From: a virus
IMG/VR virus record: IMGVR_UViG_3300048080_000167
Span: 1 to 56,185 of that record
Direction: 5' to 3' (one strand)
Length of the DNA stretch: 56,185 nucleotides
Both the position numbers and the translations under genes were made by a program. The notes beneath the pieces are model-generated. The model did no database searches, was not told the origin of the DNA, and was given only the letters and a program-made list of their open reading frames with translations. Of the stretch, positions 38,850 through 47,521 are shown in pieces. Position 1 is the stretch's first letter. Every line of letters begins with the position of its first letter.

Positions 38850-40460
38850 ATGCCCCGTCGCCGCATCCGACGCTTCGTAGGCCCCGGCGTTTTCCGGTCG
38901 ATCGTCGAAGCGAGCAAGGCGACCGGGGCCGACGTTCCCGCCGTGCTCTATCCGGCCGAGGCCGACGCGAAGCGAGCCGAAGACGCCGAGGCGAACGCGC
39001 GCATCCTCCAGCTCACGATCAGCACGGCGAAGAGCGACCGGGACCGGGACTCCGTCTCGGCCGATGGCTGGGACTTCAAGAGCTACCGGAAGAACCCCGT
39101 GGTGCTCTTCTCGCACACCTACTGGAGCGAGCAGGCCCCGGTGGTCGGCACGTCGCTGGCCGAATGGGTCGAGCGCGACAAGGTCAAGAGCCGGATGGAG
39201 TTCACGCCCGAGGGGATGGTGCCCTTGGCCGATACGCTCTGGCGGCTCTACACCACGCGCTCGAGTAGCGGCAAGCCTTTCATGCGCGCCGTCTCCGTCG
39301 GCTTCATCCCCACGAAGTACGAGTTCGTGGACACGCCCGGTCGCGAGGGCGGTGTCGACTTCCAGAAGCAGGAGCTGCTGGAGTATTCCCTGGTGCCCGT
39401 GCCGGCGAACGCGGACGCGCTCTCCGACGTGAAGGGCTACGGCGCGGAGCTCGAGGAAGCGCGCGCCGCGGGGATCGACTGCGCGCCGCTCAAGACGTGG
39501 GCGGAAACCCTGCTCGACGGCTGGGTGAAGCACGAGGACGCGCTCTGGATGAAACGCGAGTGGGTCGAAGCTCTGCGCGAGTACGTCGACGAGAAGCACG
39601 CCGTTAGCGTCGTGCTCCCGAAGAGCCCGGCCGCGATCGCGAAGCAGGGGACCGAGATTCAGAGCATGCTGTTCGCCAAGGAAGAGAGCCCCGACGACGT
39701 CAACGGCGGCGACGGCTGGACGGCCGAGACGGCGAAGAGCTGGCTGGACGACCACGACTTCCGATCGGACAAGCTCGACGAGGGGAGCGAGGACGCTGCC
39801 TTCCTGCGCTTCCGCCAGTTCGACCCCGAAGCCTGCGCCCCCGACTCGATGATCACGCTCTCGGATGGCTTCCCGCCTGGCGTGCAGGCGACCGCCTGCG
39901 AGGTGGAGGACTCCGACTCGGCCGACGCCACGGCGCCGGCCGGCCCCACGAAGCTCCCGGCCGGGCTCAAGGCGCTCGTTTCGCTCGGCGGGCTCGTGCT
40001 CGTTGAGACGGCTCCGGCCGCGGGGCACACCCATGTCCTCGCCGTCAAGGTCCGGGAGAACGGCGAGCTGCTGACCGGGCTCTACACGACCCTGGTGGCG
40101 GAAGGTGGGGGCTTCGGGCCCCATGCGCACGCGTTCTCTCTCGAGGCGCAGGTGCCGGGCGATCAGCCTTGGGCCGGCGTGAGCGGGCTCGGCAGCGACG
40201 GCTCGCCGGCCCATGCAGCCGCGATCGAAGCCCGGGCCCCCGTGACCGTGCCGACGTCTGGGGTGCCGGCGACCAGGAGCCCGGCGCCGGCTGAGTCCGA
40301 GGCCGAGAGCTTCACCCTTGACCAGCTCGCCGCCATGCTCCAAAGTGAGGCCGAGCCGGACAGCTTCGAGCTAGGAGACGACGTGGACCTGAAGGCTCTG
40401 CTCCGGGAGACGGTCGCCGAGGAAATCGGTGAACGGCTCTCGGCGACGAGCGGGAGGTAA
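38850..40460 (+). CDS. HK97-family prohead protease (S78) with a ~300-aa C-terminal extension (scaffold-like)
   Basis: RBS gggagag followed by ATG 38850. S78-like DRDRDSV..DGWD...Y..NPVVLFSH...VG......VSVGF.P........ELLE.SLVPVPAN. The acidic extension is of unknown family. Confidence 0.75.
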   Translation: MPRRRIRRFVGPGVFRSIVEASKATGADVPAVLYPAEADAKRAEDAEANARILQLTISTAKSDRDRDSVSADGWDFKSYRKNPVVLFSHTYWSEQAPVVGTSLAEWVERDKVKSRMEFTPEGMVPLADTLWRLYTTRSSSGKPFMRAVSVGFIPTKYEFVDTPGREGGVDFQKQELLEYSLVPVPANADALSDVKGYGAELEEARAAGIDCAPLKTWAETLLDGWVKHEDALWMKREWVEALREYVDEKHAVSVVLPKSPAAIAKQGTEIQSMLFAKEESPDDVNGGDGWTAETAKSWLDDHDFRSDKLDEGSEDAAFLRFRQFDPEACAPDSMITLSDGFPPGVQATACEVEDSDSADATAPAGPTKLPAGLKALVSLGGLVLVETAPAAGHTHVLAVKVRENGELLTGLYTTLVAEGGGFGPHAHAFSLEAQVPGDQPWAGVSGLGSDGSPAHAAAIEARAPVTVPTSGVPATRSPAPAESEAESFTLDQLAAMLQSEAEPDSFELGDDVDLKALLRETVAEEIGERLSATSGR

Positions 40461-40464
40461 GACG

Positions 40465-41712
40465 ATGCCGGGGACCGCGACGATGACGCGAGACGGGATC
40501 AAGGCCCTCTTCCGGGAGATCGTGAAGGAGGGCGGCTTCGACGTCGACGCGATCGTCAAGCGCGCCGTCGACGAAGCGCGCAAGGCCGCCGCCGAAGAGC
40601 AGGCGAAGCAGAGCACCGAGTGGATGGCGAAGCTGGTGCAGGCGCGCGGGAAGTCCTCGGAGGAGCTCGAGCGCGACAAGCACGAGAAGGGGCTCGGAGC
40701 CGCACGCATCATCCGGGCTCTCGCGTCGGCGAAGGGTTCGCAGGCCGACGCCATCACCTTCGCCGAGAAGACGTGGGGCAAGGATCACGACGTCACCAAG
40801 GCGCTCGCGGCCGGCGACTCGACGGCCGGAGGTTTCCTGCTCTCGCCCCAGTTCTCGAGCGATCTGATCGAGCTGCTGCGGCCGGCGGCCGTGGTCCGGC
40901 GCATGCGGCCCACGATGCTCCCGATGCCCCAGGGCCAGCTCTCCATTCCGAAGCTGACGGCCGGCGCGACGGCGACCTACACGGGCGAGAATCAGAACAT
41001 CGTCTCCAGCCAGCAGACGACGGGGATGCTCAACCTCGTCTGGAAGAAGCTCGCTGCGCTCGTGCCGATCTCGAACGATCTCCTGCGCTTCGCGTCGGTC
41101 AACGCGGACATGATGGTGCGCGACGACGTCGTGGCCGGGATCGCGACGCGAGAAGACGCCGGCTTCATCCGAGACGACGGGACGGTCAACACGCCGAAGG
41201 GGCTCCGGTTCCAGGTCCCCGCGGCCAATACCTTCGCCGCCAACGGCACCGTGAACCTCGCGAACGTCACGACCGATCTCGGGCAGGCGGTGCTCCGGCT
41301 CCTGAACGGGAACAGCCGGATGCTCCGGCCCGGGTGGCTCTTCGCCCCCCGGACGCTCACCTTCCTCATGTCCATCCGGGACGGGAACGGCAACTATGCC
41401 TTCCGGCCGGAGCTGCTGGCCGGGAACCTGCACGGCTTCCCCTTCGCCACCACCACCCAGATCCCGGTGAACCTCGGCGCCGGCACGGAGAGCGAGGTCT
41501 ACCTCGTGGACTTCGCGGACGCGGTGATCGCCGAGAGCGATCAGGTGATGGTCGACGCGAGCCCGAACGCGGCCTATTTCGACTCGGCGTCGGGCGCGGT
41601 GCAGTCGGCGTTCTCCCGGGACCAGTCGGTCATCCGGGCGATCGCGCGACACGACTTCGGCATGCGACACGACGAGAGCGTGGCCGTCATCACGGCCGTG
41701 CTCTGGATCTAG
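40465..41712 (+). CDS. Major capsid protein, HK97 family
   Basis: RBS gggagg followed by ATG. Coiled N-terminal region, then ...GDSTAGGFLLSPQFSSDLIELLRPAAVVRRM....MP.G.L.IPK.....A.Y.GEN......Q...G...L..KKLAALVPISNDLLR. Confidence 0.85.
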   Translation: MPGTATMTRDGIKALFREIVKEGGFDVDAIVKRAVDEARKAAAEEQAKQSTEWMAKLVQARGKSSEELERDKHEKGLGAARIIRALASAKGSQADAITFAEKTWGKDHDVTKALAAGDSTAGGFLLSPQFSSDLIELLRPAAVVRRMRPTMLPMPQGQLSIPKLTAGATATYTGENQNIVSSQQTTGMLNLVWKKLAALVPISNDLLRFASVNADMMVRDDVVAGIATREDAGFIRDDGTVNTPKGLRFQVPAANTFAANGTVNLANVTTDLGQAVLRLLNGNSRMLRPGWLFAPRTLTFLMSIRDGNGNYAFRPELLAGNLHGFPFATTTQIPVNLGAGTESEVYLVDFADAVIAESDQVMVDASPNAAYFDSASGAVQSAFSRDQSVIRAIARHDFGMRHDESVAVITAVLWI

Positions 41713-41746
41713 GAGCAGGCGCTTAGGCGCCGAGCAGGAGGACACC

Positions 41747-42238
41747 ATGATCGAAAAGGACGTCGGCGCCTACTTCGTCGCTGGTGGGCTGGCGCTCGAG
41801 AACGCCGTGGTGACGGCCGGTGGTGGCGCCGACAACGTCGCCGTCAACGGCCCGACCGTGGACCGGCGGAACCTCTCCGATCCGGGGCTCTCGCTCTCGC
41901 TGCTGATCCCCTTCCGGGCGGTCCAGGCGACGACGCAGAGCACGACCTGCACCGTCCAGTTCCAGGACTCGGCCGACGGCTCCGCGTGGGCCAACTACGG
42001 GGCGGCCCAGGTCTTCCTCGTCGGCGGGGCCACGGGCGCGCAGGATCTCCGGAGCGCGATCAAGGCCGACATGGGCGTGAACGGTGAATTCGGGCTCGAC
42101 GGCGCCCGACGCTTCGTGCGCGTGGTGTTCACGCCGAACATGAGCGCCGGCGCCACCGACACCTTCACCTACGCCGGCGTCTTCGCGATCGGCGGGCTCC
42201 AGGAGAAGCCCGGGACCGGCCGGAGCCTGGTGAGCTAG
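41747..42238 (+). CDS. Hypothetical structural protein (decoration/cement candidate)
   Basis: RBS aggagg followed by ATG, immediately after the capsid gene. 163 aa. Confidence 0.5.
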   Translation: MIEKDVGAYFVAGGLALENAVVTAGGGADNVAVNGPTVDRRNLSDPGLSLSLLIPFRAVQATTQSTTCTVQFQDSADGSAWANYGAAQVFLVGGATGAQDLRSAIKADMGVNGEFGLDGARRFVRVVFTPNMSAGATDTFTYAGVFAIGGLQEKPGTGRSLVS

Positions 42239-42258
42239 GCGCGCTGCTTCGAGCAGGG

Positions 42259-42287
42259 ATGACGGCCCGGCGTCGGCGATGTAGAGT
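42259..42287 (+). promoter_or_regulatory. Candidate promoter (-35 ATGACG, 17-nt spacer, -10 TAGAGT) upstream of 42332
   Basis: Lies in the 93-bp gap. It overlaps an 8-bp inverted repeat GCCCGGCG/CGCCGGGC, so a terminator/attenuator role is equally possible. Confidence 0.25.
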
Positions 42288-42331
42288 CGGCGCCGGGCTC
42301 GCCGTTTCCAGGGCCCTGGGAGAGTCGAAGG

Positions 42332-42700
42332 ATGCAGGTCAAGCTCGTGACGTTCCTGTCGAAGTACACGCCCTATAACGCCGGCGAAACGGCTGGCTTC
42401 CTGCCCCACGTCGCCGACAAGCTCGTCGAGGCCGGCATCGCCGTCGCCGGCCGGCGCAAGGTGGAGGGCGCCGTACCGATCCCGATGGACTCGCACGGCT
42501 CGGGAGCCGAATCGCGGCTGACGCAGATCGGCGACCGGGTGGCCTTCTTCCTCGAAGGCGAAGGCGATCAACTCGGCGACGTCGTCAAGGTCGACAAGAA
42601 GGCGGGCACGGCGACCGTGAGAGTCGGGCCCGAGTCGGAACATGAAGTGCCGCTCGGCGAGCTCATGTTCCGGGCTCCGAAGGTCGAGGTGATCGCGTGA
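42332..42700 (+). CDS. Hypothetical protein in the head module
   Basis: 122-aa ORF with RBS gaagg followed by ATG. Confidence 0.5.
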   Translation: MQVKLVTFLSKYTPYNAGETAGFLPHVADKLVEAGIAVAGRRKVEGAVPIPMDSHGSGAESRLTQIGDRVAFFLEGEGDQLGDVVKVDKKAGTATVRVGPESEHEVPLGELMFRAPKVEVIA

Positions 42701-42819
42701 AGCCTGCCCCGCCGAAGGGCGGCCCGGTATCGCAAGGGCCCCCGGCCGACAAGGCGCTCGAACGCCCGGGCCGGCCGGGGGCGCCGCCGAAGGGGCGGCT
42801 GCCCGTCGTCAAGAAGTAG
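42697..42819 (+). CDS. 40-aa Pro/Lys-rich micro-protein, tentative
   Basis: GTGA overlap with the upstream stop. High GC3. Confidence 0.3.
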   Translation: MKPAPPKGGPVSQGPPADKALERPGRPGAPPKGRLPVVKK

Positions 42820-42848
42820 GCGCGCTCCCGGGCGCGCGGGAGGACACC

Positions 42849-43733
42849 ATGCTCCAGTCGCTCCGTCGATGCGCGCTCGGCGTGCTCGCGCTCTTGGCAA
42901 TCCTGCTCCCGGCGCCGGCGCTCTCGCAGGTCACGAAGCACGAGCTTTTCCCGCACCCCGCGGCGTGGTTCACGCTCGTCCAACTCGGCCAGGTATCGGG
43001 CGTCACCTACTACCGCTGGAACCCGCAGAATACGATTAGCGCCGCCGGCACGACCGAGGACGTTTGGTCGGGCTCGCAGGACGCGCTCAGTACCGGCACG
43101 GTTTTTCTGCCGACGTCGGCGGCGGTGAACACCCGGATCTCGAGCTCCTCCGCGGGCGACACACAGGCCATGAGCATCTCCGGCCTCGACGCGAACGGCA
43201 ACCCGGTCACCTTTACCGCGACGCTCGCGGGCCTGACCTTCGTCGATACCGGCGTGCCACTCCTGCGATTGACTGCGGCGCGCCTGACGAGCGGCACGAC
43301 GAACGCCGGCCGGGTGTTCATCCACATCGACACGACCGACGGCGTCGTCGATGGTATCCCGGACGCGCCGACGACGGAGCTACTCGGCGTCATCCACGTC
43401 GGCGAGCAGGGTTTTACGCCAGGCGCGTTCACCTGCCCGAGCGCCCACACCTGTTTTCTCTACGACGTCGGGTGGACTCCGATCTCGACGGCCGCTGCGG
43501 CGACCTGCGAGGGCCGGTTGATGCTCCGGGAGAGCACGAGCACCGGCCCCTTCACCAAGGTACTCGGCTGGTTCATGCCCCCGGCGAGCACGACCTCGGC
43601 CGCAGTCATCAACAGTGCCACGCCCCAGGCCATCCGGGTGCCCGCGCTACAGGACGCCAAGTTCCAGGGCATCTCGACGGCGGTTGCGTGTGCTTACTTC
43701 GCGCACGCGAACGTGCTGATGTTCCGAAACTAG
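42849..43733 (+). CDS. Signal-peptide-bearing protein inside the head-tail joining module
   Basis: RBS gggagga followed by ATG. MLQSLRRCALGVLALLAILLPAPALS|QV looks like a cleavable Sec signal. 294 aa, Thr/Ser/Gly-rich, beta-type sequence. Confidence 0.6.
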   Translation: MLQSLRRCALGVLALLAILLPAPALSQVTKHELFPHPAAWFTLVQLGQVSGVTYYRWNPQNTISAAGTTEDVWSGSQDALSTGTVFLPTSAAVNTRISSSSAGDTQAMSISGLDANGNPVTFTATLAGLTFVDTGVPLLRLTAARLTSGTTNAGRVFIHIDTTDGVVDGIPDAPTTELLGVIHVGEQGFTPGAFTCPSAHTCFLYDVGWTPISTAAAATCEGRLMLRESTSTGPFTKVLGWFMPPASTTSAAVINSATPQAIRVPALQDAKFQGISTAVACAYFAHANVLMFRN

Positions 43734-43743
43734 GAGCGCGCGC

Positions 43744-44424
43744 TTGATCTCCGAGATTGTCACCCCCGCGCCGGCGACCGGGCTCACGACGCTCGAGCGC
43801 GTCAAGGAAGAGCTGAACATCACCGACGAGGCTCAGCACCCCCGGCTCGAGCGCCTGATCCGAGAAGCGAGCGCCGAGGTGGTCGCGGCGTCGGGGCGCT
43901 GGTGGGCGCAGGAGCGCGTCAAAGAGATCGTCCGGGGGTACGGCCGGCCGACCATGCTGCTCGAGCGCACGCCGCTGGTGCAGGTGCACAGCGTCGCCTT
44001 CGATGGGGGGCCCGTCACCGACTTCACCGTCCACGATCGTCAGGCCAGCGTGCTCTACCGGCGCCAGGGCTGGCTCTGGACGGTGGTACTCGGCGACGCT
44101 TGGATCGAGGAAACGATCGTCCCGGGTGGCGAAGAGAAGCGCTACACGGTCGACTACACCGCGGGCTACCAGCTCCCGAGCTTTCCCGGGAGCTTCACGG
44201 CCCCCATCGTACCGCCGGCGTTCCCGACGGAGCGCCTGCCCGGAGACGTCGAGGCCTACGCGCTCCTGCTCATCCGGGCGGCTCACGCGGCGATCGACGT
44301 GGACCCGAACGTCACCCAGGAGCACATCGGAGACTGGTCGGCCACCTACGGGGGCGCGGATTCCGGGAGCTTGCTGGCGTCGGCCACGGCGAAGTTCCTG
44401 GCGCGGTGGGGGCGCGTGGCATGA
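43744..44424 (+). CDS. Head-tail connector (gp6-like / DNA-packaging QLRG-type family)
   Basis: LTTLERVKEELNITDEAQHPRLERLIREASAEV is the typical N-terminal helix pair of gp6-like connectors. Position supports the call. Confidence 0.6.
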   Translation: MISEIVTPAPATGLTTLERVKEELNITDEAQHPRLERLIREASAEVVAASGRWWAQERVKEIVRGYGRPTMLLERTPLVQVHSVAFDGGPVTDFTVHDRQASVLYRRQGWLWTVVLGDAWIEETIVPGGEEKRYTVDYTAGYQLPSFPGSFTAPIVPPAFPTERLPGDVEAYALLLIRAAHAAIDVDPNVTQEHIGDWSATYGGADSGSLLASATAKFLARWGRVA

Positions 44425-44762
44425 GCCGACCGATCCGACTCGGGCTCCTGCCCCTGCGCGTCACGATCCAGCGCAAGAGCCGGACGGCCGACGGGCAGGG
44501 CGGGCACATCGAAGCCTTCGCGAACCTGGCCACGAGCGTCCCCGCCCGCATCCGGCCGGCTGGCTACAAGGAACGCGCGACGGCGCAGCGCGAGGAAGCT
44601 GTACCCACCCACGTCGTCTACGTGCTCCCCACCCAGGACGTCCGGCGCTCCGATCTCGTGCTGAACGGCTCCCTGCGCTATGAGGTGCTGGACGTCGAGG
44701 ACCCGAGCGAAGCGGGGCACCACCGGCATGTGAACGCCCGGAGGTTCGAGAGTGGCGTCTAA
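44421..44762 (+). CDS. Head-closure / head-tail adaptor (SPP1 gp16-like)
   Basis: LRVTIQRKSRTADGQGGHIEAFANLATSVPARIRP..........E......H.V....QDVR..D....NG..YEV... fits the Phage_H_T_join pattern. Confidence 0.65.
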   Translation: MSRPIRLGLLPLRVTIQRKSRTADGQGGHIEAFANLATSVPARIRPAGYKERATAQREEAVPTHVVYVLPTQDVRRSDLVLNGSLRYEVLDVEDPSEAGHHRHVNARRFESGV

Positions 44763-45177
44763 GCTCTCGTGGGAGCAGGGCCCGGTGGAGCGAGCCGTCG
44801 CCGCGGCGCTCGAGCGCGGGATGCTCCGGGCGATGACCGTGGTGCGAGACGCCGCCGTGAGGCTGATCTCGACGGGCCAGCCGATCCGGCGCTCGGCATC
44901 GGGCCGGCTCGTCGGTCTCGATCCTTCGCGCGAAGGGGACCCCCCTCACGTGCTCTCGGGCCGGCTCCGGCTCTCGCTCCGGGCCCGGGCCGGCAGGGTC
45001 GGCAACCGGATCGAGGGCCGGATGGGCACCGACGTCGTCTATGCCCGCCGGCTCGAGTACGGCTTTACGGGCACGGACTCGCTGGGCCGGAACGTGCGCC
45101 AGGGGCCCCGCCCGTTCCTCCGGCGGGCCCTGCTCGAGAACGAGCGCGAGATCATCGAGGCCCTGACCCGTGGGTGA
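44752..45177 (+). CDS. HK97 gp10-like tail-attachment protein
   Basis: Contains G.L..S........G.....G.DVVYARRLEYGF.G.D..GR......RPFLRRAL, which is HK97-gp10-family-like. Confidence 0.6.
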   Translation: MASKLSWEQGPVERAVAAALERGMLRAMTVVRDAAVRLISTGQPIRRSASGRLVGLDPSREGDPPHVLSGRLRLSLRARAGRVGNRIEGRMGTDVVYARRLEYGFTGTDSLGRNVRQGPRPFLRRALLENEREIIEALTRG

Positions 45178-45592
45178 GCTCACCGCCGCCTTCGTCGCCC
45201 GGCTCAAGGCCGACGCCACCTTGACGGCCCTGATCGCCAAGTACCCCGTGGGGTCGGGCGATCCGGCCGTGTTCTCCGTGGACCCGGTGCCGGAGGACGC
45301 CGTGCTCCCCTACGTCGTCACCGTGGGGGAAGTCACCCAGGTCCCCGAGGATACCAAGACGACCCGGCGCCGGCGTGTGGTGCGAGACGTTCGGGTGTAT
45401 GCTGACGCCAACGGGGGAGCCGACCTGATCGAAGACGCGCAGGAACGCATCCATGATCTCTTCCACCGCTTCCTGCTCGTCGTGACCGGCTACGCCACCG
45501 TGATTGCCGAGGTCGCCGGGATGGGAGTGATCGACGAAAAGGACGTCTACGGGCGCGTGGTCACGGTGCGCCTGACGCTCGAGGAGGTCTAG
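45170..45592 (+). CDS. Tail completion protein (DUF3168-like)
   Basis: ARLKADATLTALI...V....P.....PYVV.G.......D........V.VRVYA matches the DUF3168 pattern. Position lies before the major tail gene. Confidence 0.55.
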   Translation: MGELTAAFVARLKADATLTALIAKYPVGSGDPAVFSVDPVPEDAVLPYVVTVGEVTQVPEDTKTTRRRRVVRDVRVYADANGGADLIEDAQERIHDLFHRFLLVVTGYATVIAEVAGMGVIDEKDVYGRVVTVRLTLEEV

Positions 45593-45593
45593 C

Positions 45594-45956
45594 ATGGCTC
45601 TGCTTGCGGTCACCGAAGTCTCCGAGGCCGCTGCGGGCGTCGATCTCGACGCCGTCGACGTCGCCGCGAATGCAGGCGGGGACTCCTACCCGAACGACGA
45701 CGACACCTTCCTCTACATCAACAATCAGGACGCGTCGCCGAAGACGGTCACGATCACCGCTCAGCGCACGGCCGTCCGCAAGGAAGGGTTCGGGGAGCTG
45801 ACCATCGCGTCGATCGCCGTGGTGGTGCCGGCGACGTCGCGTCGGCTCATCAAGGTGCCCATCGGCTCCTACTCCGACGCCAGCGGACGCGTCCAGCTCA
45901 CCTACTCGGCCGTCACGTCGGTCACGGTCGCCGCCCTGCGCGCCAAGCGGCAGTAG
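45594..45956 (+). CDS. Paralogue 1 of a tandemly duplicated 118-120-aa protein
   Basis: MALLAVTEV...AGGDSYPNDDDTFLYINN....KTVTITAQRTAVRKEGFGELT...SGRVQLTYSAVTSVTVAALRAKRQ. Confidence 0.65.
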   Translation: MALLAVTEVSEAAAGVDLDAVDVAANAGGDSYPNDDDTFLYINNQDASPKTVTITAQRTAVRKEGFGELTIASIAVVVPATSRRLIKVPIGSYSDASGRVQLTYSAVTSVTVAALRAKRQ

Positions 45957-45975
45957 GGCAGGAAGGGGAAAGCTC

Positions 45976-46332
45976 ATGGCCCTGCTCGCCGTCACCGAGA
46001 TCCGAGCGCTGGAGATCGACCCCGACGCCGTCGCCGTCGCGGCCGCGGCCGGGGGCGACTCCTACCCGAACGACGATGACACGATGTTCTACATCCGGAA
46101 CGCCGGCGGCGGCTCGCAGACGGTGACGATCGCCGTCCAGCGGACGGCCGTGCGGAAGGAAGGGTTCGGCGAGCTCACCCTGGCGGCGATCGCGATGGTG
46201 GTGGGAGCCGGCCTCCGGAAGCTGATCAAGGTCCCGAGCGGGGGCTACGCCGACGCCAGCGGCCGAGTGCAGGTCACGTACACCGGCGTGACGTCGGTGA
46301 CGGTCGCGGCGCTGCGCACGCAGCGGCAGTAG
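45976..46332 (+). CDS. Paralogue 2 of the tandem pair
   Basis: MALLAVTEI...AGGDSYPNDDDTMFYIRN....QTVTIAVQRTAVRKEGFGELT...SGRVQVTYTGVTSVTVAALRTQRQ. Confidence 0.65.
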   Translation: MALLAVTEIRALEIDPDAVAVAAAAGGDSYPNDDDTMFYIRNAGGGSQTVTIAVQRTAVRKEGFGELTLAAIAMVVGAGLRKLIKVPSGGYADASGRVQVTYTGVTSVTVAALRTQRQ

Positions 46333-46358
46333 CGCCGACGGGCGCGTAGGAGGACTCC

Positions 46359-46763
46359 ATGTCGCAGAACGGCGCCGACACCCTGCTGATCGTGAATACC
46401 GGGACCGAGGCGGTGCCCGTCTACACCGTCATCGGCTCGCAGCGCGACGTCACCTTCACCGAGACGACGGAGACGATCGACGGCTCCAACAAGCAGGACG
46501 GCCGGGCTCGTCGAGTGCAGGCCGGTCGGTACACCAGCACGGTCGACATGGACGCGCTCTTCGTCCCGAACGATGCCGCGCACGGGCTCCTGAAGGTCGC
46601 CATGCGCCTCGGGCTCCCGATCAAGTGCCGGCGGCGCTTCGCGGGTGTCGACATTGAGCAGGCCGACGTCATCGTGGCGAACATCGCCGACACCCACCCG
46701 GACCAGGACAGCGCCACGATCGCCGTCACGCTCGAGGTGGACGGCCCCTGGAGCGCCGTCTAG
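46359..46763 (+). CDS. Major tail protein (TP901-1 / RcGTA g9-like)
   Basis: RBS aggagg followed by ATG. L.V.TG......Y..IG.QRD.TF.ET.ETID.SNK.D.......AG.......DAL.V......GLL matches the family pattern. Confidence 0.7.
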   Translation: MSQNGADTLLIVNTGTEAVPVYTVIGSQRDVTFTETTETIDGSNKQDGRARRVQAGRYTSTVDMDALFVPNDAAHGLLKVAMRLGLPIKCRRRFAGVDIEQADVIVANIADTHPDQDSATIAVTLEVDGPWSAV

Positions 46764-46813
46764 CGCGGAGCTCGGCCCTGACGTAGCGTCCGGCCCCGGG
46801 AGGGAGAGTCACC

Positions 46814-47191
46814 GTGGCCGAGAATGCTCACCGTGGCGAGGTCGAGCTGGAGATCGGGGGCAAGCTCCGGAAGCTCCGATTCACGCTTAACTCGCTCGCC
46901 GTCGTCACACAGCTCTTCGGGCTCGAACGCATGAGCCAGCTGTTCGCGATCACCCGGGAGCCGTCGCCGTACCACCTACGCCACCTGCTCCATGCGGCCC
47001 TGCTCCCGAGCGAGCCGGAGCTGACGCCCGAGGAAGTCGGGGAGTGGGATGTGGACTTCGAGGCGGCCCAGATCCGGCTCGCCGTCGCCTTCATCCGGGC
47101 CTACCGCGGGGGCCGGTCGGGCCCCGAGGAGGAGGCCCTGCTGGACCCTACGAAGGCGACGCCGTCCGGGGCGATCCCGACCCCGACCTGA
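46814..47191 (+). CDS. Tail assembly chaperone (GTA g10-like)
   Basis: GEVELEIGGKLRKLRFTLNSLAVV is the typical N-terminus of GTA-type tail chaperones. Position lies before the tape measure gene. Confidence 0.6.
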   Translation: MAENAHRGEVELEIGGKLRKLRFTLNSLAVVTQLFGLERMSQLFAITREPSPYHLRHLLHAALLPSEPELTPEEVGEWDVDFEAAQIRLAVAFIRAYRGGRSGPEEEALLDPTKATPSGAIPTPT

Positions 47192-47520
47192 CGGGATACT
47201 TCGTCGCGGCCGAACGCTTCGCCTGCGGCCACCTAGGCCTACTAGAAGCCGACTTCTGGAGCCTCACCCCCTGGGAGCTACGGCTCCGCAGGGAGGCCTA
47301 CGACGAGCAGACGAAGTGGCAGCGCTCGCTGGCCCGGGCGACCGGGTGGCACGCCGGGCACGTCGGCCGGCTCCGGCGGATTCCCCCGCTGGGGCGCTAC
47401 CTCAAAGAGCTGCGCTCGCGTAAGCTCACCCAGGCCGGGCTGAAGCAGCGCCGGCAGGAGCACGAGGCGATGGTGGCCTCGCTCCTGAAGCCAGGGGAGC
47501 AGGGGCAGGGGGAGCCGTAG
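47044..47520 (+). CDS. Second tail-chaperone ORF (rcc01693-like, FWSLTPWEL motif); expressed by a -1 frameshift or by coupling at CTGA 47188
   Basis: This frame has no ATG/GTG/TTG between 47044 and about 47470. The coding signal starts near 47190. LLEADFWSLTPWELRLRREAY resembles the GTA g11-type motif. Confidence 0.5.
   Translation: MGCGLRGGPDPARRRLHPGLPRGPVGPRGGGPAGPYEGDAVRGDPDPDLTGYFVAAERFACGHLGLLEADFWSLTPWELRLRREAYDEQTKWQRSLARATGWHAGHVGRLRRIPPLGRYLKELRSRKLTQAGLKQRRQEHEAMVASLLKPGEQGQGEP
47119..47125 (+). promoter_or_regulatory. Candidate -1 slippery heptamer G_GGC_CCC in the chaperone gene
   Basis: In phase with the 46814 frame. The -1 frame is open from 47044 to 47520. However, GC3 favours the zero frame up to 47191. 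Confidence 0.25.
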
Positions 47521-47521
47521 G

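Noticed and set aside
42263-42300. Inverted repeat GCCCGGCG...CGCCGGGC after ORF 41747..42238, read as an intrinsic terminator.
   Set aside because: The loop is long (about 18 nt) and contains a -10-like TAGAGT. The stem is short and the downstream T-run is weak, so I did not call it a terminator.
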